63,937 nt of DNA, filler included, from Octopus bimaculoides (GCF_001194135.2; 8 parts of 6 records of this genome joined end to end with filler, not necessarily neighbours in it), one strand, 5' to 3'; counted from the first letter of the whole stretch, positions 24,515-38,329 are shown. Program-made: numbers and translations. The notes: generated from the letters alone by a model not told the origin.

Positions 24515-27500
24515 GGTTGAGAAGAAAAAAATGGAGAGAGAACAGAAAAACAAGAAGAGAGAAAATGTGTAGGGATTGTATATGTGTGTGTATGTGTGCG
24601 CGCGCGCGTGTGTTTGTGTGTCTAACATTACCGTTACTTAGCGCGGTTCGATAAAAGAAACACCATAAGTACTAGACCTTAAAAAAAAACAGTAATAAGT
24701 ACTAGAGGCGATTTATTCGACAAAACCCCTTCAGAGTGGTACCCAACCGTAGCCATAACCCAATGACCAGTGTCGGCTCGTATATAAAATTAGTTGGGGG
24801 TGCTGCTTTAGAAAATTGTTAGCCCTTGTTTTAATATTGTGTAAAAGGAAACAAAAATATAAAAAGAAAATTTATACGTAAACTTGATCGGTTTGCGTTT
24901 TAGCCACTGCCGTGTAGCGTGCTTAATTTGTTCACTGAATTTCGCCGCGAATTCCCCCTTGTTTTTCAAAAATCCTCCCAAAATCGCAAAATTGCGGGGT
25001 GGAAATGTGCCCTATTTTTCAAATCCTGGCAGCAATACTGAAGCTGGAAGCAGGATAATAATTTAATTCTACACTTTATCACATTTAAGAGTATAAATAC
25101 GTTTTTAAGCACAACATACGCGGAGTCAAAAAGAAGCACTATCTTCCACCGGAACACCGGGTCGGCACTATTGTTCACGCAGCGCGCTCTCTCTCCCTCG
25201 GACATATGAGCATGCGCACAACAGCCAAACACCGCGTCGCTGGAACTGTGAAGCGCACAGTTCTATACAAGGATTTTTGCATTTTTTTCATAAGCTGGGG
25301 GATGACTACTGACATTAAGCTTGAGGATTATATAATGTACAAGTATAAAGAAAGAATTAAAGAAAAAAGGACTCATTATATTGAATGTTATCGATAAGAT
25401 CGAGTGGAAATAGGGGGTGCTGCAGTTCTGCAGTGCCTATACATGAGCCGCCGCTGCCAATGACTGAAACAAGTAAAAGACAGAAAAGATATGACACGTA
25501 CCAAAATCAATAAATTAAAGTTACGTAACATTTCGTAGAACACTGAATACCTTTCGGCATTTGTTCTGACTGTCTCCGCTCCTAGTTTAAATCGCGCTGT
25601 AGTCCACGGATGAGATAGAATATCAGTCCAGAAGCGGTGAACTGTTGGGATTGTAAGTGCATGAGACGAGATGCCCGGTAGTTTTTGTTCTAGCTCTTTG
25701 TGTTCAAAGCTTGTTTGATAGACTTAATATATCGGCTAGTTTAACACTACCAGCTGATCTGTAGATGCTTTTAGCTCTATGACTTGAAGAAAACTCCCTC
25801 TTTTCCTTCCACCAGTCCCTGATGCCCTGGAAAGATAAAGAGCGTAGCTCTCTTATCAATACAGGTGTTTCAGTGACAGGAAACAAGTAGAATGGAACGA
25901 TTACGTACAGCTGTTTAAATGCTGGTGATTTGGCACGACCGATTGAATATTGAAGCTGTTTTGGCGATGGTTTTCATAGTGACAGTACATTTTAGTGCTG
26001 GAAACAAACTTCCCCCCCCCCACACACAAGTGTGGAAATATACACATAGATAGATAGATAGATAGATAGTGTGTGTGAGTGAGAAAGAGAAGTGGGGTGA
26101 GATATAACGATGCATTAATCGAACCTGGTTGATATAAACACTTCTCCACATCTCATATGCCCATACTCAATGAATGTGTTTCTTTGTTCGCTGCGTGAAG
26201 CGCCTGAACGATGATTCCCTCATCTCACTGAGTGTTGAAACACCTGGGAGTAAAAGACAGGCGAGGCAACTTGCCCCAGATCCTATTCAGAAGTGACGGA
26301 TACCGATATTTCGCCATTTTTGTGACTTATCAACATCACGTACCAGAATCGAACCAGAGACGAATTGTATCGCCAGTCTATGACTATACATAAATAGTGT
26401 AAAACCTATTTGCTGGTATGCCACGACGATGAATATATAAGATTAAAATCAGTAACGAATTAAAAGTATTGCTAGTGTTGTAAACGTTATCGACCATCCA
26501 TACTCAATGTATGTGTTTTGTTTGTTTGTTCCTGAATGGGATCTGGGGGTGAGCTGAATTTCAAATGTTTTAATATCCTGTGCAATGCAGAAATCAACCT
26601 TCAGGTGCTTCGCTGCAGCAAACCGAATATGTATGGTTGATAATGTTTAAAACAGTAGCGCTGCTTGTAATTCGTTATTGAATTTAATCGTATGTATGCA
26701 CATTCGTGGCATATCAGCAACTAGTTTTTACATTAATTTAAGCACTCTCGTTTACTCTCCAATCAAAATCCATGTCTTTCACGCCTGTCTAGAGAAGGAA
26801 ATGGAGACCTCTTCAGTGTACCCCATCCGAATCCTACTAAGCTATTCTTTCAAAGCAAATTTCTTACATCGTCATTAGTAGGGCCCCCACCAATGAACCT
26901 ACAGTTTACCGTCGTAAAAATAAAAGTAAATTGAGATAGAAACAGGCAATGACGACATATACTTCAAAACATTTTCTCTGTCGCTCTTACTGCTCGTAGC
27001 ATTCATCACCCAGTAAAGTACTAATATTAGCAATTTAGAAATGATACTTGAGGAGTATCGGAGAGCAAGAGTTAAGCGCACTCGGTTAACGAGCTCGCTA
27101 CTAACTTGAGAAAGAAAGAAAAAAGAGAATGAAGGTAAGAAAGAGAAAAGAAAGAAACAGAGATTTATCTGAAGTAATCACGACCACTCTTCTATTATAA
27201 ACGTCTTATAAACCTTGTCAAATGAATAATTATTGCTTTTGGAAAGTAAGAAACTGTTATTTCGTTTATTTAGTTTCTTGTTTCTTATTCATTCGAATCA
27301 ACTATTCAGTGTGTCTGTGTTTATGAAGTATATTTATAAAATATTTACCAGAACTGTTGAAAATACGGCTGTTCATTTAATATGCTTCACTTTTATTAAT
27401 TTATCAAAATGTTTTAAAATTATCCACTTGTTTTTTCTTAACAGTCGTGGTTATCACTTATATCTTGCCTATTATAGCAGCAGGTTGACAAGGTTATTGT

Positions 27501-28249
27501 AGTTGGCTGCGTGTACTAACACTAGTCCACCCTTAGCAGACACATGACCAAAGGCCGTGATCCTCCAATTATTTTGTGGAGTAGGGGCTGGGTTACCTAG
27601 TGTGTCCAGTACTATATTATACAATGTGTCCTTCCGTTTTTTAAGGCAAATTACGATATGAGATTTATGTGCTATTATTTCTAGCTGTTCGTTGTTTTAT
27701 GTCTAGTATCTGCCTATCTTCAATGTTTGCGCTACACAAAAACAACAACACACAAAACAAGAAAACAAACAAAAAAACTTCAGTACTTTATCCAGTGGAG
27801 CTTTTGCCATGATAACGTATATGAACGTTACAAATGTAAGATTGCCGAAGGATTTTGTAAGAATAATTATGTTTTTTAATTGTATTTATTAATTGTAATT
27901 TGATGGTTTCATATCTTTTATATACTGACAATTTTTTCGAAACAATTACCGCATTTTTTTGAAATAGGATTTTGCTACACTGTTTTGATTATTTGTCTAG
28001 ACGTAAAAAAATATGTAGAAAGATCGTAAAAATCTCGTGTAAAGTTTAACGGTAACGAAATGTTTACATTCAGTGTATAAAATAAAAGAAATCCATTAAT
28101 TTGTAATAATTTCATTAAAATTATTAGAAAATAAACTTATATATTTCATCAACATGAAGTTAAAGCTAGTAAATATATTTATTTTTATGTTGTATTAATT
28201 TTCGATTTTGCTCAATGATCTTTTAAATCTATCCTTTTCTTTCTCACAG

Positions 28250-28360
28250 GTCTCAAACAGATCATTTGGTCTTTAGTGAAAGCGGACTTCGGAACTTAAC
28301 ATAAATGTTCAGGGAGTTTTCCAGCAATCTGGATTGTTACTAAATTGGACGCTAAAAAAT
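28250..28360 (+). other. Candidate non-coding (UTR or lncRNA) exon, 111 nt
   Basis: Acceptor ccttttctttctcacag|G and donor AAT|gtaagt; stops in all three frames. Confidence 0.4.
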
Positions 28361-29274
28361 GTAAGTGATTTTTTTTTCCAGTTAATTTTATATCGAAATT
28401 CGTTTATTAATAATAACGGTTTCTATGAAAAACAAGTCAAAATGAATTTACAGCACATTCGACAACATAACGAACGAACACTTTACATATATTTGTCCGC
28501 GTTAACACAATTGCATAGACCATGTAAATAGGTGTATAATTGATAGTATGGGGTCGAGCGTGTGCGATGTCTGTGTGTGCGTATGTGTATATGTGTGCGT
28601 GTAGTTAAGTAGTTCGCTTCGCAAGCGCGTGATTCCGAGTTCGATGTTACATCATAGCACCTTGGTCAAGTGTCTTTCACTGACCAAATATTTTGTGAGA
28701 GAAATTTGGAATTTGATAGACAGAAACTCTTCCTCTCCCTCTCTTTTTCTTCATTACGTTTACGGTCTTAAAATAATGTGTTTGTCTTTAGGTCCTGTAA
28801 CTAAACGCTTCGAGAAAAAGTTGTTGGGTAGATTAAATGAGTACTGGGTCGATATGGTTAATATTTGAAGCCGTTGACCCGATATAGTCACAGTTCACTG
28901 ACTGAAACCAGTAAAGAATGCAGAGGCATGAATGTATATATAAAGCGCGTCTTGATATAACGATGTGTGAACGTGAGTGTTTCAAATGTAATAGCGGGTG
29001 TGAGTAAAACATATACATCGTGGCAGACGCTTATTTTGATAACTTTCAGTGAAAAGTTACTTTTAACGTAGCAATAACCAGTTGACAATATTAAGCAGAG
29101 AATACAGCGGAGATATGACCCACTAATTTTCATAACATGCAGTTTGATAAAATTATTCGTCATAAACATCCCTCTCTCTCTCTAGCTATATATATGTGAC
29201 ATAACTACATAACGAGCCCTTCAACATTTTTTTCTCAAAACTTTCTGAAAAATGGATTTTTAAAAATAAAATTA

Positions 29275-29511
29275 GGCGCGGGAATGGCTTGCTTCCCAAC
29301 CACCTTGTTCTGAGTTTTGTCACACAACGTGGCATCTTGGATAAATGTCTTCTACTATAGCCCCGGGTCGATCAAAGCCTTGCGAGTGGATTTGTTAGAC
29401 GGAAAATGAAAGAAGCCAGTCTCGTGTGTACGTGTGTGTGCCTTTGTGTTTGTCTCCCACACTACCTTTTGACAACCGGTGTTGGTTTGTTTACGTGCAC
29501 TTAACGGTTCG
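29275..29511 (+). mobile_element. tRNA-derived SINE
   Basis: ggcgcgggaatggct...cccaaccac...cttggataaatgtcttctactatagc...gtggatttgttagacggaaa. Confidence 0.8.
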
Positions 29512-29738
29512 NNNNNNNNNNNNNNNNNNNNNNNNNNNNNNNNNNNNNNNNNNNNTTAATTAATTAANNNNNNNNNNNNNNNNNNNNNNNNNNNNNNNNN
29601 NNNNNNNNNNNTCGAAATATACACACTCTTTATATATTTATGTACATAGTTCATTAATTTAGCTAAGATGTACTAATAATTATATTACATTATCAATCTA
29701 ATAAAAATTTGAAATAATTATTTGAATATTCATTTATA

Positions 29739-31071
29739 CAGGGTAGTCCAAAATTAGGTGGACAGTAGGTGGAATAGGTTTGTGTATCGGTTATAACTTT
29801 GGTATTTGTGCAATATTATTTTAAATTTTATAACTAAATTTAACTAAATTAATCTGTTTTCTTTTAAGATAATTCAGAGAACCCGTAATGATAAATAATT
29901 TAAATACTGTTGAAAGAAAATGGGTGTTAATAGAGTATTGGAAATATCGAAATACTGAAACCGTTAGAACAAAATGGGTTGAAAAATTTGGTACTCAAGC
30001 CCCACAGAGACAAACCATTTAACGCATTCATGAGAAATTCCATGCTACTGGCTCAATTCTTAATGCTTCCAAAACTGGTCGACCCAAAACAGTCGGCAGA
30101 GAGGATCACAAGCAACTTGTCGCCGAAGCATTTGTTCACAGTTTAAAAAAGTCCACCAGGTGAACCTCTTTGGAATTGAGCATTTCACGATCCTCTATTA
30201 TTCGAATCCTGAAATCTATTAGGCTGAAAGCTTATCGTCCACGGCTAATTCATGGCATATTAGAGGATGACCCAGACAGGCGGCAGCATTTAGTGAAATA
30301 AAGCTGAATGGTATTGAAGAAAATCCAATGCTTTAGGTAATATTGTGTGGACCGATGAATCTACTTTCAAATTATCCGGTCAAATTAACAGACATAATTG
30401 TATTTACTGGTATTGTGAGAACATGCATTTAACATTAGAGCAACAAATAAACCAGCCTGGTGTCACTGTTTGGGGTAGTATTTCAAGTTGTGGTTTAGGA
30501 CCCATATTTTTTGATGGAACAGTCACAGGCGATAAGTATCACGAAATTCTAATGAATCAAGTTGTTCCATAATGAAAGCAACAGTCTAATTCACATGATC
30601 TTTATTTCCATGATATGGCACCTCCACACTATTCAAGAGCAGTCTGAGAGTATCTTAATGAAACATTTCCTGTGAAATGGACTGGCCAATTGATTGGCAG
30701 GGAAATTCACCTGACTTGACCCCAATGGATTTCTTTTTTGGGGAAGTACTCAAGGACAAGGTTTATAGTCGAAAACCAAGAAGTAGTAATGATTTGAAAA
30801 ATTACATAAGAGATGCATTTCAAGAAATTAATACACAAAGAGACTTGTGCAAAAATGTTTGTCTAAACGTAAGGGGTAGACTTCAAAGCTGTGTAAAATG
30901 TGATGGGCAGCAGTTTGAACACCGGCATTGATAAAATGTAAGCGCTTTTGTATTATTGTACACAATAAAATTTAATTGCCAATGTAATGATTGTATTTGT
31001 AAATATAATTGTATATGTAATCTCAAAATAAATGTTATCATTTATTGTCCACCTACTTTTGGACCACATTA
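29739..31071 (+). mobile_element. Full-length Tc1/mariner-superfamily transposon (rosa/DD41D-like), transposase disrupted
   Basis: TIRs cagggtagtccaaaattaggtggacagta vs imperfect right end (…tattgtccacctacttttggaccacatta), TA flanks. Transposase motifs KFHATGS..N.SKTGRPKT, WTDES, VTVWGSIS, D.APPH, SPDLTPMDFF. Confidence 0.9.
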
Positions 31072-31347
31072 TATATTACACTTTATATATCCGAAATTGG
31101 AATCTAAATATAACATTGGAAAAAGGAAGTGTTACAGTATTCAGTAATATATTTAATCTTTTATATTCTCTAAACTTTATCTTAATGCACTTTTTGAAGT
31201 AAGTTTTTGGCAAAACAGTTTTAGAAAACTGATATTGTTTTAGAATTNNNNNNNNNNNNNNNNNNNNNNNNNNNNNNNNNNNNNNNNNNNNTTAATTAAT
31301 TAANNNNNNNNNNNNNNNNNNNNNNNNNNNNNNNNNNNNNNNNNNNN

Positions 31348-31890
31348 GATCAGTCATGCCTTCAATTCGTTTGGTGAGTGCCCTCTGGGGTGATTCAATC
31401 CTCGAGATGTTTTGTTTTGTATGGGGAGGCCACTAGGGGCAGCAGTATTCGAGGTGTTGCCGTACAAAGGAGGAGAAAAGCGGAATGATGACACCTTGTT
31501 CTCTGGACCGGAAGATTTAGGAACTCATCCTACGAGCTATATTGACCTTATCGTTGACGTGGGCACTCCAATTGAGATTGTTGTCAACAATTACACCCAG
31601 ATCTCTGATATTGTTGGATACCGTGAGCGGTTCCCCTGAAGGAAGAGAGTATGGCTGTTTTAGTATAGACTTTCTTCCAAAATGCATCAGCTCAAATTTT
31701 CCCTCGTTCAGTTTCATTTTGTTTTTATCTACCCATTGACTCACAGCGTATAGATCAGTCTGGAGTTGGGTTCGGTCTTCTTCTTCATTGATGATTTGCT
31801 GGAGCTTAGTGTCATCAGCAAATATTTTCACTTTGCAGTGATTTACGACGCTGGAAAGGTCATTTATATAAATTATAAAGAAGGTTGATT
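31348..31890 (-). pseudogene. CR1/L2-group LINE RT C-terminal fragment
   Basis: KIFADDTKL...LQTDL..VSQW...MKLNEGK...IRDLGVIVDNNLNWSAHV. Confidence 0.9.
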
Positions 31891-32274
31891 ACGTTTAGTC
31901 TTGCCAACTGAATAGAATATGCTTCACTGAAAAAGCTTAGCAAAACTGAAGTATGTCCGTTGGCATAAAGATCAGGCTTAATCCCATATTGCACTTTTTA
32001 TATTTTCTCAAAATTTCAATTAATTGATGTTACAAGGGGAATCTTCCTTGTCCGCTTCTTGTAGATTTTAAATGCCCCAGAGGAGTTTATAGCAACTAAT
32101 TGCATCGATAACCTCAGTTTATCAACATCTATATTATGTACGTAAAATTGCACTATGAATATGTAAGAACGACCGTGCGAACCCCAAAGGAGAAATGGTG
32201 ACGAATGGAAAAACAGGCTCCTTTTATAAACGCGTCGCACGGTCGAACACAAAATATATCAAATGATATATATA

Positions 32275-33298
32275 TGTTATACTTCGATAACATAGAGAAC
32301 TCGTAAATGCCAGTAAGGAAGACGATAGGAACACAACCGATAGAGATGAATAACAGTAAGATTTATTGTAGCATTAAAATGTATGTCTGTGTGTGTGTGT
32401 GAATGCGACATAATAAAACACAATATGAGACTGGCCGTCATGTAAACAAGAGAAGAGTGTGTGTACAAATATGTATGTGGGTGCGAGAGATACACAGTAT
32501 TGAATAGAGTCAGTAACACGTATAAGGATTTAAGATACCAGTTCTTAGAGTACACAGTGGTAAGTGTCTGTATATAAGAAGTTAAGGCGTGTGGGGCAGA
32601 GCGATCACTAGTTGTGATGTTAGGGCTTCCATGCCTAACCGAGTTCTTGAATACGGATGTTCTTCGCAGGCTAAATTCTTGGCTATTATGTATCGTGGTG
32701 AAGATGAATCACACAAACAGAATCGAAGAGAAGTGCCGCGGTTAGCTGTTGGTAGCTTGTGTACGTGGAAGTTATGTTGACGCTGGCGGGAACGATGCTG
32801 GTAGTCGTAGTGTCGTGTTGCTGCTGGCGATGTCGGGGGCGATGCTTGTAGTTCGTAGTTGTACGATGGTGTTGATGTCGTCGCTGGAAACTGGCTGGTT
32901 GTGTTNNNNNNNNNNTGCTTGTAGTTCGTAGTTGTACGATGGTGTTGATGTCGTCGCTGGAAACTGGCTGGTTGTGTTACGCGTGTGTGGTCAACGCCAG
33001 ATCTCAAAGGAGATCTGAGGCGCGACGACTTTGCCGGGTATAATTTAGTCTATTTATAGCTGAAGGTAGGCTCCAGAGAAGCATTAGAAAAACACTATCA
33101 CGTGACCTTATTAGGGGCTGTGATTGGTCAGTTTGCGTTCTGGCGGGAACGGTACGAGATAATTTACCCGTGCAAAGAATAGTCAGTCATGTGATGGATA
33201 CAGCAGGCTGCTCTCTACTACGCCCGCACTTGATTATATTTATTACAGTGGGGAAGATGGTTTGTTTGTATATAATGGCGATAGAAGTGTTCACTACA
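32275..33298 (-). mobile_element. Probable solo LTR
   Basis: Minus strand begins TGTAG and ends TAACA; internal order CCAAT, CACGTG, TATAAATA, later AATAAA; near-TSD (tata/aata). Confidence 0.55.
33055..33135 (-). promoter_or_regulatory. LTR-type Pol II promoter cluster
   Basis: gaccaatcac, gtcacgtgat and ctataaatag in order within ~80 bp. Confidence 0.45.
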
Positions 33299-34071
33299 AA
33301 TATATACTTCTGGTATTTTAAAAAATGCTTAGCCGGTTTTCTTCTGGCTCTTTACGTTCTGTGGTCAAATACTGCTGGGGTCGACTTTGCTTTTCATCCT
33401 TTCGATAAAGTCAAGTACTGGAATAGATGAAATCGGTTCTCTCCCCTCGAATTATTATAAATAACCCATAAGTCACTGAGAAAGTTTCGTTTATAAACGG
33501 ATATATGAAAACCTGGTTAACTTTTATCAAAGTTATAAATTATAAGTTTTTGAACATACCAATGGCCAACTGAAGACAACAAATACACTAGCGAGGGATC
33601 CTCTTCATAGTCTCTCGAGCTGCAAGAAATAGTAATGAAATCTCACTCAAAACGCATTCTACCGTCTTAATATATGGACAGCGTTACACAGGAGTAGCCA
33701 GGATTTTAACAGAGGGGCTCCTCAAATATTAAAATAGATCTCCAGTTTAATCGTTTAATTTGCGAAAACACAAAACTAAAATAGATGCTAGACAATAATT
33801 AATTACATTTGCATGGAGCTACTGGATGGAGTTTGTCTAAAAACTTACTCTGACTACGTTGAATAACGTTAGTATAAGCTTTAATATGCATGAAGAATAA
33901 AAATAAAAATATATCCTGCTCGAAGAGAGATGGTGGTCTGAAGATGCAACCAAATCCAATAATGAAACTTGACGTAGTCTTCAAAAGCAGCATTTAATCA
34001 GCAATTGTATAACATGATTCGTTTTACTATGCAGCATTATTCATTATCTGCACCAATAATTATAATAACCC

Positions 34072-34490
34072 TTTCTTCTAAAGGCACAAGGCCTGAAATT
34101 GGAGGAAGGGGATTAGTCGATTACATCAACCTTAGTGTTTCACTGATACTTAATTTATCGACCCCGAAAGGATGAAAGGTAAAGTCAAAATCGGCGGAAT
34201 TTGAACTCAGATTGTAAAAACGGACCAAGTGCCGCTAAGCATTTCCTCCGGCTAACTATTATTCCAGCTCGCCGCCTAAAATTTCCTATTTTGGGGACAG
34301 GAACTGAAATCTTGTTGGAGAGGGCCAGTCGATAACATCAACCTCAGTGTTTAACTAGTACTTATTTTATCAACCCTGAAAAGATGAAAGGCCGAGTAGA
34401 CATTAGCAGACTTAGAACTTAGAATGTAAAGTACCGTAAGAAATACAGTTAAGCATTTTGTCCGGTGCGGTAATGATTCTGCTATACCTG
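34072..34490 (-). mobile_element. Two adjacent SINE copies (~34072-34277 and ~34280-34490)
   Basis: Both share tacttaatttatc.accc.gaaag.atgaaagg and cttagcggc-type head segments. Confidence 0.75.
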
Positions 34491-34701
34491 ATGTTCTGTT
34501 ACCTGTTACATTGCAAAAGTTAAAGGAATAGAAAGTTAAAGGAACAGAAAAACGAAATTGTTGACTGATAACAGGTTAACTAAATATATGATGACGGCAA
34601 AATGACGCTAAAGAAACAATACTATGATTTTGTTGCGTACAATCTATCTATCTATCTACAAGGTTATATATATATATATATTTATACATACCAAAGATAC
34701 A

Positions 34702-34735
<34 letters not shown>

Positions 34736-35719
34736 CATGCATATATACGTTAGTATGGATNNNNNNNNNNNNNNNNNNNNNNNNNNNNNNNNNNNNNNNN
34801 NNNNNNNNNNNNNNNNNNNNNNNNNNNNNNNNNNNNNNNNNNNNNNNNNNNNNNNNNNNNNNNNNNNNNNNNNNNNNNNNNNNNNNNNNNNNNNNNNNNN
34901 NNNNNNNNNNNNNNNNNNNNNNNNNNNNNNNNNNNNNNNNNATAGATAGATAGACAGACAGATAGGTAGTAGCAAATCAAATCAACAAAGCCTTTTGTTT
35001 TGTTTCTACATCAAGGTTTAAACATAGTTGTCGGTGGTACACTAGTAGTCTCCTACTTCCTCACTGCTTCTGATTTAGAACAAAGAGGAATTTCTTTCCA
35101 TTTTGCAAGAATTAATTAGTATATATTTAAAAATAGATTCACTTTTCGCTGGTCATTCGCCAAATAACCTACTACGGCCTGCAATGATTCAAACCAAACA
35201 ACAGGTCACGTGTTTGGAAGCCAATGAGATTATGAATGTATGCAATTTTCTATAAGAATTACATGTAGGTGATGTTATCAAATAAAATTAGACTGAATAC
35301 ACAGACACGCTCGCGCGCGCGCGTGATCACTTTATAGTCAAATGGTCAAGAAGTTTTCTTTGCAATCTTGTGGTTCCGGGATCGATCCAACTGCTTTGCA
35401 AATGACAGTTTCAACACCTTCGAGTCGGTTTATTTCTTACTGAGTTGAGGGAAATTGCTCAGAAAGCCTGTCAGAGTGGATTGCACCTGTAATTCCAAAA
35501 GCTATCACCTTGCTACATCCTGTGTTATGCTAAATTACATTAAGGGTATACATGTCAGACACTTACACTCAAAATAAGGAGCAGGTAATTTAGCCGATTC
35601 AAGAAAAAATTATCATCATCAAACGACGGAGATCCATTGCGGGAAGAGCTGTTCTAAGAGCGCATTCTGCCTCATCTTCGAAACGCCTAGTTTAGAATAG
35701 AGGCAGCTGATGAAAGAAA

Positions 35720-36541
35720 AGTTCCATAGTAATGACAGCTTTTGAGAAAGAGGGAAAAACCTCGTCGAAACAAAACTCCGAAAGAAAATCAAAACTTTTA
35801 GATAGGAACCATCGGACTCTTACGCAAATTGTTAGAAAGTATCATAAAAGTACACCTCCCAAAATTACTGCAGAGCTTAATGACCACCTCGAGAACACAG
35901 TTTCCACAAAAACTGTCCGCCGGGAGCTGCACAAAGCCAGATTTCACGGGAGGGCTGCAATCAGAAAACCACTACTTTCAAAANNNNNNNNNNNNNNNNN
36001 NNNNNNNNNNNNNNNNNNNNNNNNNNNNNNNNNNNNNNNNNNNNNNNNNNNNNNNNNNNNNNNNNNNNNNNNNNNNNNNNNNNNNNNNNNNNNNNNNNNN
36101 NNNNNNNNNNNNNNNNNNNNNNNNNNNNNNNNNNNNNNNNNNNNNNNNNNNNNNNNNNNNNNNNNNNNNNNNNNNNNNNNNNNNNNNNNNNNNNNNNNNN
36201 NNNNNNNNNNNNNNNNNNNNNNNNNNNNNNNNNNNNNNNNNNNNNNNNNNNNNNNNNNNNNNNNNNNNNNNNNNNNNNNNNNNNNNNNNNNNNNNNNNNN
36301 NNNNNNNNNNNNNNNNNNNNNNNNNNNNNNNNNNNNNNNNNNNNNNNNNNNNNNNNNNNNNNNNNNNNNNNNNNNNNNNNNNNNNNNNNNNNNNNNNNNN
36401 NNNNNNNNNNNNNNNNNNNNNNNNNNNNNNNNNNNNNNNNNNNNNNNNNNNNNNNNNNNNNNNNNNNNNNNNATATTAAAATAAATTTGTTTGAAATTTT
36501 AATGGGCTTTCATGATTTTGTCCAACGGCTGTATTTTTATA
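35720..36541 (+). mobile_element. Tc1 transposon remnant (HTH region, gap, right end)
   Basis: KSKLLDRNHRTLTQIVRK...TAELNDHLENTVSTKTVRRELHKARFHGRAAIRKPLLS; right end ttttgtccaacggctgta. Confidence 0.8.
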
Positions 36542-36643
36542 CGTATAAATGTCTAGATATGTATTATGTTACGTGTATGCAGGTAAGCATATCTATCTAT
36601 CTATATATATATATATATGTATATATATCTATCTATCTATCTA

Positions 36644-36718
<75 letters not shown>

Positions 36719-38030
36719 GTGTGTGTGTATGTGTAGATATGTGTGCAAGTAGAAGTACGTACATACTTATATGTTTGTGTGTGTATATGTGCATGTACGT
36801 ATACATGTTTGTGTGAGTGTGTACGCATGTAGACGCTGTGAACGCAGGAGGTGCATATTCGTGTATTGTGAGAATATGGCTGTGTATTTTTTTCATCTTT
36901 TTCTCTTTTCGTTTTCTACCTATGAAAGTAACTTCCCTTTTATTCAACGGTTTTTCATAGCGTCTGTTGCCATTAATAACCGACGAGAATATATCGTAGC
37001 TCTTCGCTCTGAGTACTATAATGACAACCTTTTATTGTTTGTTCTAAATTATAACATATATAATCCTAATAGCGAGGTCTCATTCTTTTGCTATTACTTT
37101 TTTATGNNNNNNNNNNNNNNNNNNNNNNNNNNNNNNNNNNNNNNNNNNNNNNNNNNNNNNNNNNNNNNNNNNNNNNNNNNNNNNNNNNNNNNNNNNNNNN
37201 NNNNNNNNNNNNNNNNNNNNNNNNNNNNNNNNNNNNNNNNNNNNNNNNNNNNNNNNNNNNNNNNNNNNNNNNNNNNNNNNNNNNNNNNNNNNNNNNNNNN
37301 NNNNNNNNNNNNNNNNNNNNNNNNNNNNNNNNNNNNNNNNNNNNNNNNNNNNNNNNNNNNNNNNNNNNNNNNNNNNNNNNNNNNNNNNNNNNNNNNNNNN
37401 NNNNNNNNNNNNNNNNNNNNNNNNNNNNNNNNNNNNNNNNNNNNNNNNNNNNNNNNNNNNNNNNNNNNNNNNNNNNNNNNNNNNNNNNNNNNNNNNNNNN
37501 NNNNNNNNNNNNNNNNNNNNNNNNNNNNNNNNNNNNNNNNNNNNNNNNNNNNNNNNNNNNNNNNNNNNNNNNNNNNNNNNNNNNNNNNNNNNNNNNNNNN
37601 NNNNNNNNNNNNNNNNNNNNNNNNNNNNNNNNNNNNNNNNNNNNNNNNNNNNNNNNNNNNNNNNNNNNNNNNNNNNNNNNNNNNNNNNNNNNNNNNNNNN
37701 NNNNNNNNNNNNNNNNNNNNNNNNNNNNNNNNNNNNNNNNNNNNNNNNNNNNNNNNNNNNNNNNNNNNNNNNNNNNNNNNNNNNNNNNNNNNNNNNNNNN
37801 NNNNNNNNNNNNNNNNNNNNNNNNNNNNNNNNNNNNNNNNNNNNNNNNNNNNNNNNNNNNNNNNNNNNNNNNNNNNNNNNNNNNNNNNNNNNNNNNNNNN
37901 NNNNNNNNNNNNNNNNNNNNNNNNNNNNNNNNNNNNNNNNNNNNNNNNNNNNNNNNNNNNNNNNNNNNNNNNNNNNNNNNNNNNNNNNNNNNNNNNNNNN
38001 NNNNTATATATATACTATGTTTGGGGTTTC

Positions 38031-38299
38031 GTTGAGAAGGAAATCAACAAGCATGCCTCCGATAACAAGGACACGTTGATATCTACTATTGGAAACGTTG
38101 TGTCCAACATGAATAAAGATCACTTGATCAAGGCATTCAGAAGCTGTATCGCGGCTGAAGGCGGTTTTCTTGAATAATCCTTTGCTATGTTTATATAAAA
38201 AATATGTGTACCAAATTCTATAAAAATATATTAGTTTTTCTAATAGATTTGTTTTTAATTTGATTAAAATTTTGTTCTCAAATAGCTGACGCACCCTAT
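38031..38299 (+). mobile_element. Mariner-like transposon 3' end
   Basis: YVWGFVEKEINK...LISTI...HLIKAFRSCIAAEGGFLE*, then TIR-like ctgacgcaccctata. Confidence 0.75.
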
Positions 38300-38329
38300 A
38301 TATTTTAGTGTCTGGAAGAAAATGCAGTG

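Noticed and set aside
32846-32978. 59-bp direct repeat inside the LTR
   Set aside because: Identical copies on both sides of a short N gap; likely unmerged contig overlap.
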